From Malacoraja senta (taxonomy: Eukaryota): a stretch of DNA of 64,000 nt. Shown piece after piece: positions 1-12,900 of this stretch (position 1 is its first letter; the number at the start of each line of letters is the position of its first letter). A program made the translations under genes and the position numbers. The stretch is taken from NCBI GenBank assembly GCA_038087875.1, contig CM075990.1:6324001-6388000 (forward strand). The letters are read 5' to 3'. The notes beneath the pieces are model-generated. The model was not told the origin of the DNA, ran no database searches, and saw only the letters and a list, made by a program, of their open reading frames with translations.

Positions 1-733
1 TTTTAAACATATTCTTGTTTTTTGAACATATCTTTATGGAACTAAAATCAGAGATATAAGAACTGAAACAATCCCTTGATTGAAAGCTCTTAATTATATT
101 ATAGTTTAATTTGCAGCCTATATGCAACATTTGTATTAATTTAAAACTATTTTTTGTTTGGTCAAGTGCACCACTTGAAGATTAGTATAATGCAGAAATT
201 GTCATAGTTTTGGATACTTTTTCCAGATTTTCTGATATTTCTCCATATACCAATATTCTGGGCCTGTCTCTGCAGACATTTAATTTTGCAGCAGATTGTA
301 ATTATGTTCACCAACAGAATTCAAGAAAATGCATACCTGAACATCAGATTCACAAATTAATAGATAGTATTATCTTTTTTAATTGCAGATCTTCAGTGTT
401 CAATCGTGATCTGCTTGAGTATAAAAATGTTCAGATGGCAAAAATGCAGGACATTATTAAATTTGAATGAATTTTATAAAAATTCAGGAACCCCTCGATT
501 CAATTAAATGACTAGCACATTAATGGGCACAATATAATCTTCAACTCCAGAGAGATGTTTTACACAATAGGATCCTCCAGATGGAAACTTGCTGCACAGC
601 AACAGATTTAACTTTCTCAAAGAAGCCCATAAATGTAATAAATATTGACCTGAAGTCCAGTAGTATTCATCCATTTTAGCCAGGACTTTCTGTCTCACCG
701 ATGTTCTCTTTACCAGCATAAATCCTTGCGAGG

Positions 734-967
734 TCATTCTCTCACTGCAGGGCGAGGGGGAGGTCGTGAAGGAGGAGGCGCACGAGATGGTGGTGGTCCA
801 GGTGGTGGGCTCCTCACAGATGACCTGGCCGATGTCACAGGAGAGCCAGGAGGCTCTGGGGTTAAGGGAATATATTCATTGTGAGGAGGTGGCACGTGAG
901 CAGTTGCAGTATTGCATGAAGAAGGGGCTTCATGTTCTTTTACTCTGGTGAAGTTAATGCAGCGACC
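734..967 (-). CDS. ANTXR1-like: ANTXR-family terminal exon 18 ([15 protein letters not shown]...[20 protein letters not shown])
   Basis: tag acceptor at 968-970; 78 codons to TGA at 736-734; ANTXR1-type Pro-rich tail. Confidence 0.93.
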   Translation of the reverse strand, partial: GRCINFTRVKEHEAPSSCNTATAHVPPPHNEYIPLTPEPPGSPVTSARSSVRSPPPGPPPSRAPPPSRPPPRPAVRE

Positions 968-3900
968 CTAAGTGTAAAAGAGGCACAACGTAATTACAAT
1001 CCACGTGTATTCACTCCTACAATTCAGATGAAAATGTAGCACAACAATTCAATCTGTATCTTCTTTTACAAGCTAAATATGCAAAAATCAGTGAAAGAGT
1101 TGACAGCACATTTTCTACCAACAAAATTAATGTTGCGATTATTGTTAAAGAGCATCTTACATGATTATTTATCATTATGTGTAAGCTCTCCATTAGCACA
1201 GTTTTGCTCATTTGGTATTTTGTAGTACTACATTTTTGACTATTTCTCTATATACCAATGTATTTTACATTTGAACACTATCAATATACAAGAAGGACAT
1301 CATGTGTTAGTTCAATTTAATAATTTGGGTAAGGTAACAAATTACAAAGACAAAGCTCTAACTGTATATAACTGGGGTTTAAACAGAGGTTAAAATGTTG
1401 AAGCTGTTCTCCACTTCTAATAAATATATGGTTTTAATCTTGTGTGAGAATATTTATGTTTCAGCTCACCTTATGTTCATTCAGTACAAACAAAAACTGA
1501 AGAGGTGCTCTGTGAGCTCAACTTTGCATACACAATGGGACCAATAACTATGCTAACTATGAAAGGAGAAAGCTATCATTCCATTTTCCCTCAGATTTAC
1601 GTGCTTCTATTTTCCACTGACTGTTGCACTTTGCAGCTGCTGAAATGGTTTGAATGGTCCATTCCCCCCCTTCCCCCAGCCACATAACTTTGTTCAGTTT
1701 GCACCACAAAGCGATCTTTTGGAGCGTGGTCGAACTGCCTGATGCTTTCGTTAAATAATCAATGGCAGGGACATTGTGTGTTGCTTTTTTTTGTGAAGGG
1801 TGCCGGTCATATTTGTAAAGGATGCCCACGTGACGTTTTTTGCATTTTGCTGCCAATGATACCATCGGTAATGCCGATCTGAGGAAAATTATCTCGGGCG
1901 GGATTAAAGGCAAGTTAAGATGAGAGAGGTGTGGTGTTCTCACTCAATAAGAATATTAGATACTTTCCTCTAACAGTCACATCCACATCTGCAGATTGAT
2001 GCAACCATACCTTGTTTTGGCAAGGAACCTGTACACACAGTGGTCCCTCTTCCTGAAGGCAGCTGGCACAGTGAACTTGATGGCATCTGTGAGTTATGTG
2101 AGTGGCTAACCATCTATATTCTTTCTCAGAAGTGCTACAAATCACAGGGATGATACTTCTCGTGGCACAGCATGAAAGATCACTTGTCATGAGGAGTGCA
2201 GAATGACCACATTATTTCTCCCTGCTACTTCAATGGGTAAATGCATGTTGGTATGGAGTAGCTAGTTCAGGAAAAGCTCAACACCTCTGACCTAACTCAA
2301 ATTGTCAACAGCAGCTGCTGCACTATAATCGAGTCCGCTGAGCAGAAACAAATTGCCGAATGTACAAAACGATGAAGAGCATTTTCACATCCCCAGAAGA
2401 GAATTTTCCACTTAGGTGCTCATTTGAATTAAAGTGCATAATGAAAATTATATTAGTTGACAGAGTGCAACCACAGAATGAGTTACAAATAAAAACAGAA
2501 ACCGCTGGAAACATTCTACAGGGCAGGGTGCATCTAGTATGAGAAACAAAATTAAAACTCCAGCTGCAAGACCCTCATTTGAACTGGGAATGCTAATTGT
2601 TTCCGATTTTGGAATTTTTAGTTTTTGAATTTCTTTTACAATATGAGGTTTGTTGAATTTTACAAAATAAAGTATGTTTTAATCTACATGTTGTTCAGTG
2701 GATATGTCATTAAATGATTATTTGATATTGATATGTATTCAGAAAATCTCTTGTATGTATGGAATTCTTTATTTTAGAAACAGAGCTCTCAGATTAGTGA
2801 CACAATATGAACTCACTTCTGTTCATAAGGTCATGTGATAGGAGCAGAATAAGGCCATTTGCCCATCAAGTCTACTCTGCCATTCAATCATGGTTGATCT
2901 ATCTCTCCCTCCTAACCCCATTCTCCTGCCTTCTTCCCAAAACCTCCGACACCTGTACTAATCACATATCTATATTTCTGTTATTTTGTCCTTCATCAAC
3001 AATCCCCAGATAGTTAGAGAGAATGAGGCCAATCAATCGACATCATTAGTACACAGCAGGTACTAAAAGAGCAGTACAATCCGAACCGTAGAGACAAAAA
3101 CATGTCAAAAATGTTGATTTAACACTTCAACAGAAATCTAGCAAAGAAATATAATCTCAATCTTTTTTAAAGATCTAAATCAACTCTTCAGAGTCCTTGT
3201 TTATACATATTCTACAAAAATAAAGCACTTGGCAGCAAAGAGCATTCTTCAAAATTAAACACATTCCATCTGTAGCCACCTGATAATTATCTGGAGCTTA
3301 GAACTACTCAGCTTGTTAAATAACTTGTCCTCAGTTAACATCGTGCCAACTTAATAGTGATTTTCTCTTTGTCCCGGTCTTGAATTGCCAGGAAATTATT
3401 ACATTGCAACTTGCAGAAACAAGGATGCAAGACGCTGTCAATTTAAATAAAAATGCACATGGGTGTGTGTTTGGGCATATCATCTGATACTAATTATTTC
3501 TTACATTAAGATGATTTGAAATTAAAAAAAGAAAATGTTGAAAACAGAATTGTGAGCCTTTGTGCAAAGGGAAAAAAAGGTTTAGTGTTTAGAGTTTAGA
3601 GATAAAGGCGGAAACAGGCCCTTCTGCCCACCGAGTCCGCACTGATCAGCGATTACCGCACATTAACACCATCCTACACACACTCGGGAAATTTACATTT
3701 ATACCAAGCCAATTAACCTACAAACCTGTACGTCTTTGTAGTGTGGGAGGAAACTGAAGATCTCAGAGAAAACCCACACGGTCACAGGGAGAACGTACAA
3801 ACTCTGCCCAGACAGCACCCGTAGTCATGATCGAACCCGGGTCTCCGGCGCTGTGAGGTAGCAACTCTACCTCTGCACCATCGTGCCACCCTTTTTCGGT

Positions 3901-6900
3901 TGTTTACTTATGAGCATACTTTTATGTCCTTCTGTAGAAGCTGAATGACCTGGCGTGCAAGTCCAAACCTTGGCTGTGCAGCACTTACATCTTTTTTCCT
4001 ATATTGGTTTAATTGTAGGAACTGTAATGAATGAAATGCTTTTGCATTATGTCTGTATGAACAAACGTGGATGTTTGGTCAGGGACGGTTATTATTATGT
4101 ATATGTTTTTTTTGATATGGGAGCATGGCATCGTGCATCAACATTATTAACTGCAACCACAGTTTTGTTGAAAGATTATGACACAAACAAAACATCTGAG
4201 GAAGTACACATTTCCAAATGAAGCTGACTATAAATAACATGGTCATGCTTGGCCAGTTCCAATCTGAATGGAAATGCAACCATATAAATACTTGTGTTTG
4301 GCTACATATGGAACAGAGAGTCACTCAGCAAGAGTTTAATTTCAATAATTGAACCTCACATTGTTTATGTATTAATTAAAATCACTGTTAAAAACAACCG
4401 TAGCAGGTTAAATGTTCCTTTGGGCCATCCTCTGATTAAAGAATATAGCCACATTATAAAGTGTCTGTGCTCATTTCATGCTATGTTAATCAAACACAAA
4501 AATACTCCGTAGTAAAAAAAACCATGGCTAACTCGTCACTGGTATACAATCAAATAAGAAACTATGAATCTGTTCAAATTACTCTCACTTCACTTAAAGT
4601 GAGAAGGGCCGTCAAAGTGCCGCCAGTTTCTGCCACACACTATGATTACTTGTCAGACAAACAGATGGAGAGTTTAAAGGCCACGAGCCATATTGTGACA
4701 GAAAAGATTCCCTTCTTTGTTCGGCACACTCTTAGGTCTTTGCAAATGGGAAAGAGGAATGCCTTTCTGCTTCAACCACTATCAACAGTTTTGCTGCTGC
4801 TGCTGCTGCTGCTGCACTAAAACAAGTTGTATCATGCCTATGCACTGTGAAATATTCCGGCACACTAGCTGACTAGAATAGGATTTGTGGTTCAATATGG
4901 TTAATAACAATTTTTATTCTTTTTCAAGTGTCTCTGAGAGTATATTTTCCCTCACGTTAAACTGTTTTAAGTCAGATTATTGCCATAATCAGAAGTGTTC
5001 TTCCATCTAATTTAGGTTTGAATAATTCTAGCTGTGAAAAAAATAATTAAAATCTCATTTACAACTTTATTTAAGCAAAAAAACTTGAAAAAGTAGCTTA
5101 AAAAAGTTTGCTTTGCTCAAGTCGTCAATTCTTAACGTGCCTGAAAGGCACATAATTGGGTGACAAGCAACACATTAGGAATCGCAAGATTGCAGTTTCC
5201 TTGTGAGTTTCAAAAGTGATGGGCTGAAAGCAATGCATGTAAGTGAATGCCTTGTCAGCATGAGATCTGCCTTATGTTGCTCAACAATGTCTGAATGTAT
5301 TGTAATGTGGTTCAATAACCTATTGTGAAACTTAAATGTGGTAGCCACATTGTGCTTGAGATGGAATATATCAGGCTAATCTATGCCCAGCAAGACAAGC
5401 TGACTACAATCTGTTTTAGTGAATGTACCCTTAGATTCAAGATTCAATTTAGCAGATCTTTCCTGGTACCACAATAAATTTCACATTTAGTATGTTATGT
5501 TAAACCAAAATATAGGTGTCTGCAAACATTTGCTTAAATATTGTATTTTCCAATGGACTTTGAGTTCAGACAGAAATCTTAACCTATCACATGTCATGAT
5601 TCAAATGGAAATTATTTCCAGCATAATTTAGTTTTAATTATTTAGTTCAATGTTCAAAACACACCTATTACTTAATGGCCTCTCTCTATGTTGCAAGCAC
5701 CCGCATAAACTAAATTGCACAAAAGACCAAATAATTCAATCTGTTAATTCAGTAGGAATATATCATACATAATTAACTAATTGTTTGGAATTATGGTTAT
5801 GAAAAGTCATCGCACCATATAACCTGCTTCTTTTACTTTCTGAAAGACAACTGTTTGTAAAAGTGTTCCTTTCCTAAAGAGTTTTCAGATGGAGTCAATG
5901 CTTTATACTTTTGTTCTGGATTTAGTTTAACTATATAACTTAATTGACATTGGAATTAACTAAATGATTATCCCCTTCCCCCACCCTGATTCTGTAAACA
6001 GATTAATTAGGTATGACGGATAATGATGACACTAAAGCAATACCCTTGGCATATTGGTCTTTTGCTGTCTGGTATGCATTGCGTGTTTACACCAAGGTGT
6101 CAAAGATGCATTGTTGGAGCCTGGACTAATGATCCTAACCATGACAGCTGTCCATTTCCCAGTCTGCAGTTAGTAGCTCAGCCTATCGCTCCTACGAAGC
6201 AGATTATCAGTCTGCTAACATTCTGCTCTCCGTGCTTCCGTCATTAGTCCTGACAGTAAATCACTGTGCTGTCTTGAACTGAAGCTTGTTGCAATTCATG
6301 ACCAACTGAAGACCAGTAAGGCACCATATGGAATGACTCCCTTACCTCCACTCACATCTGTGCAGTATTCATGCTGCAGCATTCTGTTCTTACCCATATG
6401 TTCATCCTTGTGTTTGGCTGTTGGCCCTACTGCTCAGCAAATTGCCTTTTCTCTGCCCAAGTGCTAAGGCAGCAGGCGTTACCTTCACCCTGACTTAAAC
6501 CCAATCAATCACGGCAATTTGTTTAGTCCTTTCCTGAGGACATCACGCTTGAATGCCAGCCCCTAATTATCATCTTGTGAATGGCCTCATGTCCCTTTAG
6601 GTCTATCTATTGAAGTATTCATTTCATTAGACCACCTAGATGCTAACTTGTATTGTAAATTACCACTAGCTCCATCTGAAAGCGACCTCTGGTAACAATA
6701 CATGAAGCCATTTCACTCAGCAGTGCTAAAATGGTAATGCATACTCAGTGTTTACCTAAATGACATTTTCTGCTTGTGCTTCGATACTGTCATTTTGTCT
6801 TGTTTTTGTCAAACATTCCACCAGAGAATATGCTACGAAATGTCACAGACAGAAATTTAAATCTAACAAATGTCAAGATTAAAATGGAAATAATTTCAAC

Positions 6901-9900
6901 AAAAATGTTTTAAAAATTGATCTGCTTTGAGAGCTATAGAGGTGGAGGAAAGGATGTGTAGGATGCTGGTTTTAATTGAAGATAGACACAAAATACTGGA
7001 GTAACTCAGCGGGACAGGCAACATCTCTGGAGAGAAGGAATGGGTGAGAATTGAGAACTGTATATCACAGCTTAATTTGTTGATAACATTGACACAATTT
7101 TATCTGGATAGTGCAGGATTTGTTTTTATGTTTTTCCTCAAACCCAGAGGCAAACATTTCAACAAATAATTCTTAACCATGACTAAGGTATGGAAAAGCA
7201 GAATAATTGTAATGAAGTTTTCAAAGAAAAAAATTTGCAAACACAAAATCAAAAGACACTTATAACTCAGCTGAGCAGAAACAAAGCAAAGTATGAATGA
7301 GGGAGAGAAAACAGATTAGAAAAAAAAGTCTACTTTTTTTGTTGTTTCTGAGCATTTTTCGTTTGAAACTGTCTTATTTACATGTAATGTAATATTAACT
7401 TTAATGTTAAACAGTGTCACTGGGCTGGCACTTGGAATTAAATGAAACATAAATTAACTAAGTCTTTGCATTTATTGGGGATGAAAAAGATAGGCCATAT
7501 ACTGCTTAAATTGAATTGTTGTTCATCAGTAAATTTGGCACATTCTATGAAAAAAAAAATTACAATTACATGAGTATCCACCAGTGTCTCATGATTAAAA
7601 CTGAATAGAAGCTTAACTAGAACTGATTCTAACATCCAATCACAGAGATTCTCTTTCTTCTCTTCATCCCTCCTCTCTGCAACTTAACTCTTTCTTCTCT
7701 TCATTCCACCTCTCTGCAACTTAAAACACATTTGTTTTCTCACTTCTCCAGTTCTGATTAAGGGTTATTAACTGTTTTCTCCTCACAGATGCTGCCTTGC
7801 ATGTCGAGCACTTCCAGTGTTTTGTTTTTAATTCGGCATCTGCTGTTATAAAAATCTTTTCACTTATTTCATTATTATAAGTAGAAAACGGAACAGAGAA
7901 TTAGCACTCAATGATGCTTCGATTGGCTTCTGACCACTCATCATTCCCCTTTCATCTGCAGTAGCTCAAATCACAGGGGACACGCTTTACTGGATGGATA
8001 GAGCCAAATAACATTTCAGAAGTATGAAACCATCCAGGATAGTACAATGCACTTAATTGGCATCTCTGTAAATGGACCCAACAGACATGTTTTTCTTCAA
8101 CATGCCAAGCCTTTCAAGGATAATCAACACATCTACCCTCTACTACCTGTGGTATGCACTGCACCAAATCACCAAGCTTACGTTGACACTACCTCTCAGC
8201 CCTAATATGTCCTTTGTTAAATGTTACAGCATCATGGGACAAGTTTCCTTCCAGGCCACACACACAATACCACTGTTAATGCTGACACATTTGACTGCTG
8301 TTCCACCGTTGGACTCATCACTTGTTGACTTGCTGAGGAGTAGATTCAGATGTACTTTACATCTATCTCTCAGCTTTACATCAGAAAGCAATGGCATAAG
8401 AATGGTTACCCTTCTCAATTGACTTGGGTTTCCTCATTTTATTTAATTTTAATTTTTAATATTCTTTGTTTCTTCGAGCATTTATGTGTTTTTAATTAAG
8501 TTTTTTTTATCCGTTCCTTTGAATATTCAAATGATTTGCATTTCATTTTTTAATATATCTATTAATATAAATAGATTTTTAATGTGCAATCAGAGATATT
8601 TAAAAACGCTTAAAAAATATTGACAGCTAGCAAGTGATCAGAAAATTCCTTATTGAGGTAATAGGAATGATTGATTGATTGAAAGGTACAGCATGGAAAT
8701 ACTAGGCCCTCCACGCCGACCTGTTTGCACTAGTTCTATGTTATCCCACTATCTCATCCATTCCCTACACACTAGGTGATTTGCACAGGCCAACTATCCA
8801 ACAAAACCATATGTCTTGGGATATGGGAGGTAAGTGGAGCACCCGGAGAAACCTACGTTGCCTCAGGGAGAACGTGCAAACTCCACGCAGACATCATCCG
8901 AGGTCAGGATTGAATCTGTGTCACTGGCTCTGTGAGGCAGCAGGTCTATCTGTGCTGCCCTTTATGCCAAGCAAATAATTTAATTTAATTTCAACAAAGC
9001 CAAAGGTTTTACTGTTAGATTAATTAGGACAGAAATATATTAAGATTTCCTATTTTTATTTAAAAAAATGATTTTTAGTCTGGTTTAAAATGCTTTGTAG
9101 AGTTTTATTTCACAGTTAGCGTTCCTTCATGATTGAAACCATATGACGGCTCCTGATGACACAGTCACACATCCTGCTTACATGACATTATTCTTGGTAT
9201 GTTCCGGTGGAAAGTTAGTTATTTTTAAAGTTTGGAATGGGGGAAAAACGGAAGTTATCTATTTTTATTCTCCTTCCCCTTGAGAGACTCGACAAAGCTA
9301 CATGAGAAAAGCTTGAAAGATTAACTTAATTTACACTGAGTGGCATGCCTAACTACAAGGACAACCACATCATAGACTCACTATGCCATGACTGCTGAAT
9401 CACTTATTTCATGAGAGGAAACTGTCCACTTTTGATCCTTAAGGATTCTTTTGAATCACTGACAGCATGTATTATTTTAAACTCATACGGTTGTTTTGGT
9501 AACCATTTTGTAAATATTGGTTTACAGCCATATCCCTGAAAATCAAAGACTATACTTAACCTCAGAGCTGGACATCAAGCAAAGGAATATTTTTTTTACA
9601 TCTAGATATTCTTTTTGCAGCTTCTTGACAGTTACTTATTAGATAATTTGATGCTTTATTTTCTATTTGGATAAATACAATTCTCTGCCATCAATGAGCT
9701 TTCTAATTTGATTTAAACTGCTTTTCTTCAGTGCTGTTTTTGTGAATATTTAACTAGGTTATGTCCAAACAGAAACCCTAATATATTCATTGTATTCATT
9801 GTGAGAAGCTGGCATGAGAAAGAAGTGGGCTTATTAACAGGAATTTGTGTGTCAGACAGGATGTACATTGCAGGATACAGCTGGTGTGTAATGCCTATTC

Positions 9901-12900
9901 AGAAAGCTCAATGCAGCTATATTTCCAAGAGGAAGAAGCATATCCATACATTATGCAACAGCTGAATGGAACCAGGAGATATGTCCTTTCACACAGAATG
10001 ACTGTGTAATTAGTAGCAATGTACAGATTATAGTTTTCCTCCTTACAAGTCACTCAAATTCCAGGAAAATGGATTTGTATTACAAATAGTAACTGCAAAC
10101 CAACCTCTGAAGTCACATGGTGTGCTTATTGCTAGCACACTTGACAACCATTAGAAAATCTGACCATTTCCGCTGCTTGTTTTCTAAATTCTACCAAACC
10201 ATATTGAGCCATCACCCATGTGCTAACTGAACTACATTGCCTCCCAGATAAACATCGCTTGAATTTTGAACATCGCCGGATTTTTAAATCACTCTTTTAC
10301 AATACTCTGGAATACTGATGCTTATTTGCAGTGTCATCAAAATAAATTGGTTTACTACACCAAGGAGACAATTCCCTCAGATGCCAAAGTCTTAAGCTTC
10401 AGGATTTCATCTCTACAAATCCCCATCATTCTACTATCTTTTAATATATATATTTTTTTAACTTTGCTCTATGAGAATGCATTTGTTTATCTACTCCAAT
10501 ATTTCCTTATGTCGATTGGTGTTAAGTCTTAGACAGACACAAAATGCTGGCGTAACTCAGCGGGACAGGCAGCATATCTGGAGAGAAGGAATGGGTGACG
10601 TTTTGGGTCGAGACCCTTCTTCAGACTGGAATGTCACCCATTCCTTCTCTCCAGAGATGCTGCCTGTCCCATTGAGTTACTCCAGCAGTTTGTGTCTATC
10701 TTCATATCCAGCATGTGCAATTCCTTCTTGTTAAATCTTGTTTGATTTCATAAATATGAGAATCCTTTTATGGTGATAAAGATGCAATATAAATTAGCAG
10801 TCATTGTACATATTGATTCACAACAGAAAAAAGGCTTGGATCTGAGATGAAATTGAATGACTTCTTTGAATATTTTGGAAGGCAATTAAGAATAAATCGC
10901 ATCTCTCTGGATCTGGTATTACACAAAGGCCAGATCAGGTAAGAATGACAAATTTCCTTTGCTAAAGGGCATTTGTGAGCCAAATAGGTTTTCATGATTA
11001 TGTGGGAGCTTCATGGCCACCAGTACTGGTAGATAATTGTATTATATATAGCAAATACAATGGACTGCAAGATGGCGACAGCGAAAATCAGTACATTCAT
11101 TGAAACCACTACATAGAAAATGCTCGTATTTCATCAGCAAAGTTTGAAGGCAAAGAGTGTTTGTAGCCTATAAAGTAACTTGCAAGTTCCTATATGACCT
11201 TTTCTTAAGTTTGGAAACTAAATGGTATTACAGTGTTTAGGTAGATAATGTCTCAACATGCAATATTAAGTAGTTGCGCAGTTAGTGTGCACAGCAAGGA
11301 TCCTGATAACAGCTTTGATGCCTTTGTGGGTATTAAGTGGTACACCATCTGCTACTTTTTAAGATCATTTACCATTTAAAAATTGCCAAGTAATTTTAAA
11401 TGGGTTGAAGAAACACAATGTGGTTGACACAATATTCAGAAAGCAAAGTGCAAATACATGTTTCTACAGTTATTTGATTGGGTTGTAGTATACAAAAATT
11501 CATATGTATGTTTGTCCAAATGAGAATTAACTTAGAATTCTCACAGTAATGGTATTTAGGTACTTTTACAGCTGATCTTACCTTGTCTCCAGACTGCGGC
11601 CTCATTAGAGATACCTGATCATATCCTCTGCGAAAGAGAGCCAATATGGCATCCAATTTTCCCTGGATAAATGATCACAATGTTAGTTGATGAGATTTTC
11701 CATTGTTTATCAACAAGCTATTTGTCTATCTCTTTAGAGACAATGGGGGATGGGTGGGGTAAGAGGAGAAGGAAGTTGTGATTTTCAAAGCTGGCAAAAA
11801 ACAGTAACAGGTTGCCCATTCTTAAAGTTGGACCCAAAATGTAAAAAATCCTATCAACTTAAAGGTAGTCCATATTAATCTTATACAACACTGATCAATT
11901 TGGCACTATCTGGTTGTGCCTTCTTAATGGCAGCTCATGTGTTTCATGGTCAGTATAAAAGCTATATGCCATAATGGGTCCAAAACAAATTAAATGGAAA
12001 CTAAGTACAGAAATGAATTGAAAGATTTGAAAATATATACTTCAAAATGCAGAAATCGATTCATTATTTTTGTTGCATGTCAGCTACTTTCAAAGTTATG
12101 CATACTGGAGAGAACCTGACCAATACGAAAATTCTGATATTAAAACATTAAATTAATTAAGAATGATTGACCGTACATTAATATATAGCATCTATAGTGT
12201 ATTACCAGCTTATTACTTTATTAGTTTCTCAGAGGCATAACTGTTCCTAATGATAACATCTTTTCTGATCAATGGGCAGACATTAATTGCCAGCATGATG
12301 TCCCTAATAACCCTGATGCATTCTATTGTAGGTTTATTTACAATTAGTTAATGTATTTTCCTATGTATCAAATATTATTAACAATCTGTGATATGGCCAA
12401 CAAAACACATGTGCCCCCACTATTTGGGTGATTTAAAAGTTATAATCGAAGTCAATCCCAAAGTCATTTTGGCAGCTGGGGCATATTAGAAGTTAGATCG
12501 TAAGTGATTATTGAGAAAATAACCGAGTGGTGCCGCAGCGGTAGAGTTGCTGCCTTACAGCGAATGCAGCGCCGGTGACCCGGGTTCGATCCTGACTACG
12601 GGTACATTCTCCCTGTGACCTGCGTGGGTTTTCTCCTAGACCTTCGGTTTCCTCCCACACTCCAAAGATGTACAGGTTTGTAGGTTGTAAATGTTTAAAA
12701 AATGGCAAATGTAAAAAAAATGTCCTTGGTGGGTATAGGTTAGTGTTAAATGTGTGGGGATCGCTGGTCAGTGCGGACCCGGTGGGCCGAAAGGACCTGT
12801 TTCCGAGCTGTATCTCTAAACTAAACTAAACTAAGTCAAGTCAAGAGAGTTTATTGTCATGTGTCCCAGATAGGACTAAATTCCTCTATGGATACTCCTT

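Noticed and set aside
1-733. Polyadenylation site of the ANTXR-family gene
   Set aside because: No clear AATAAA on the minus strand; the 3'UTR may extend outside the window.
12526-12600. tRNA gene (A/B boxes)
   Set aside because: It is the head of a multi-copy SINE; no complete cloverleaf.
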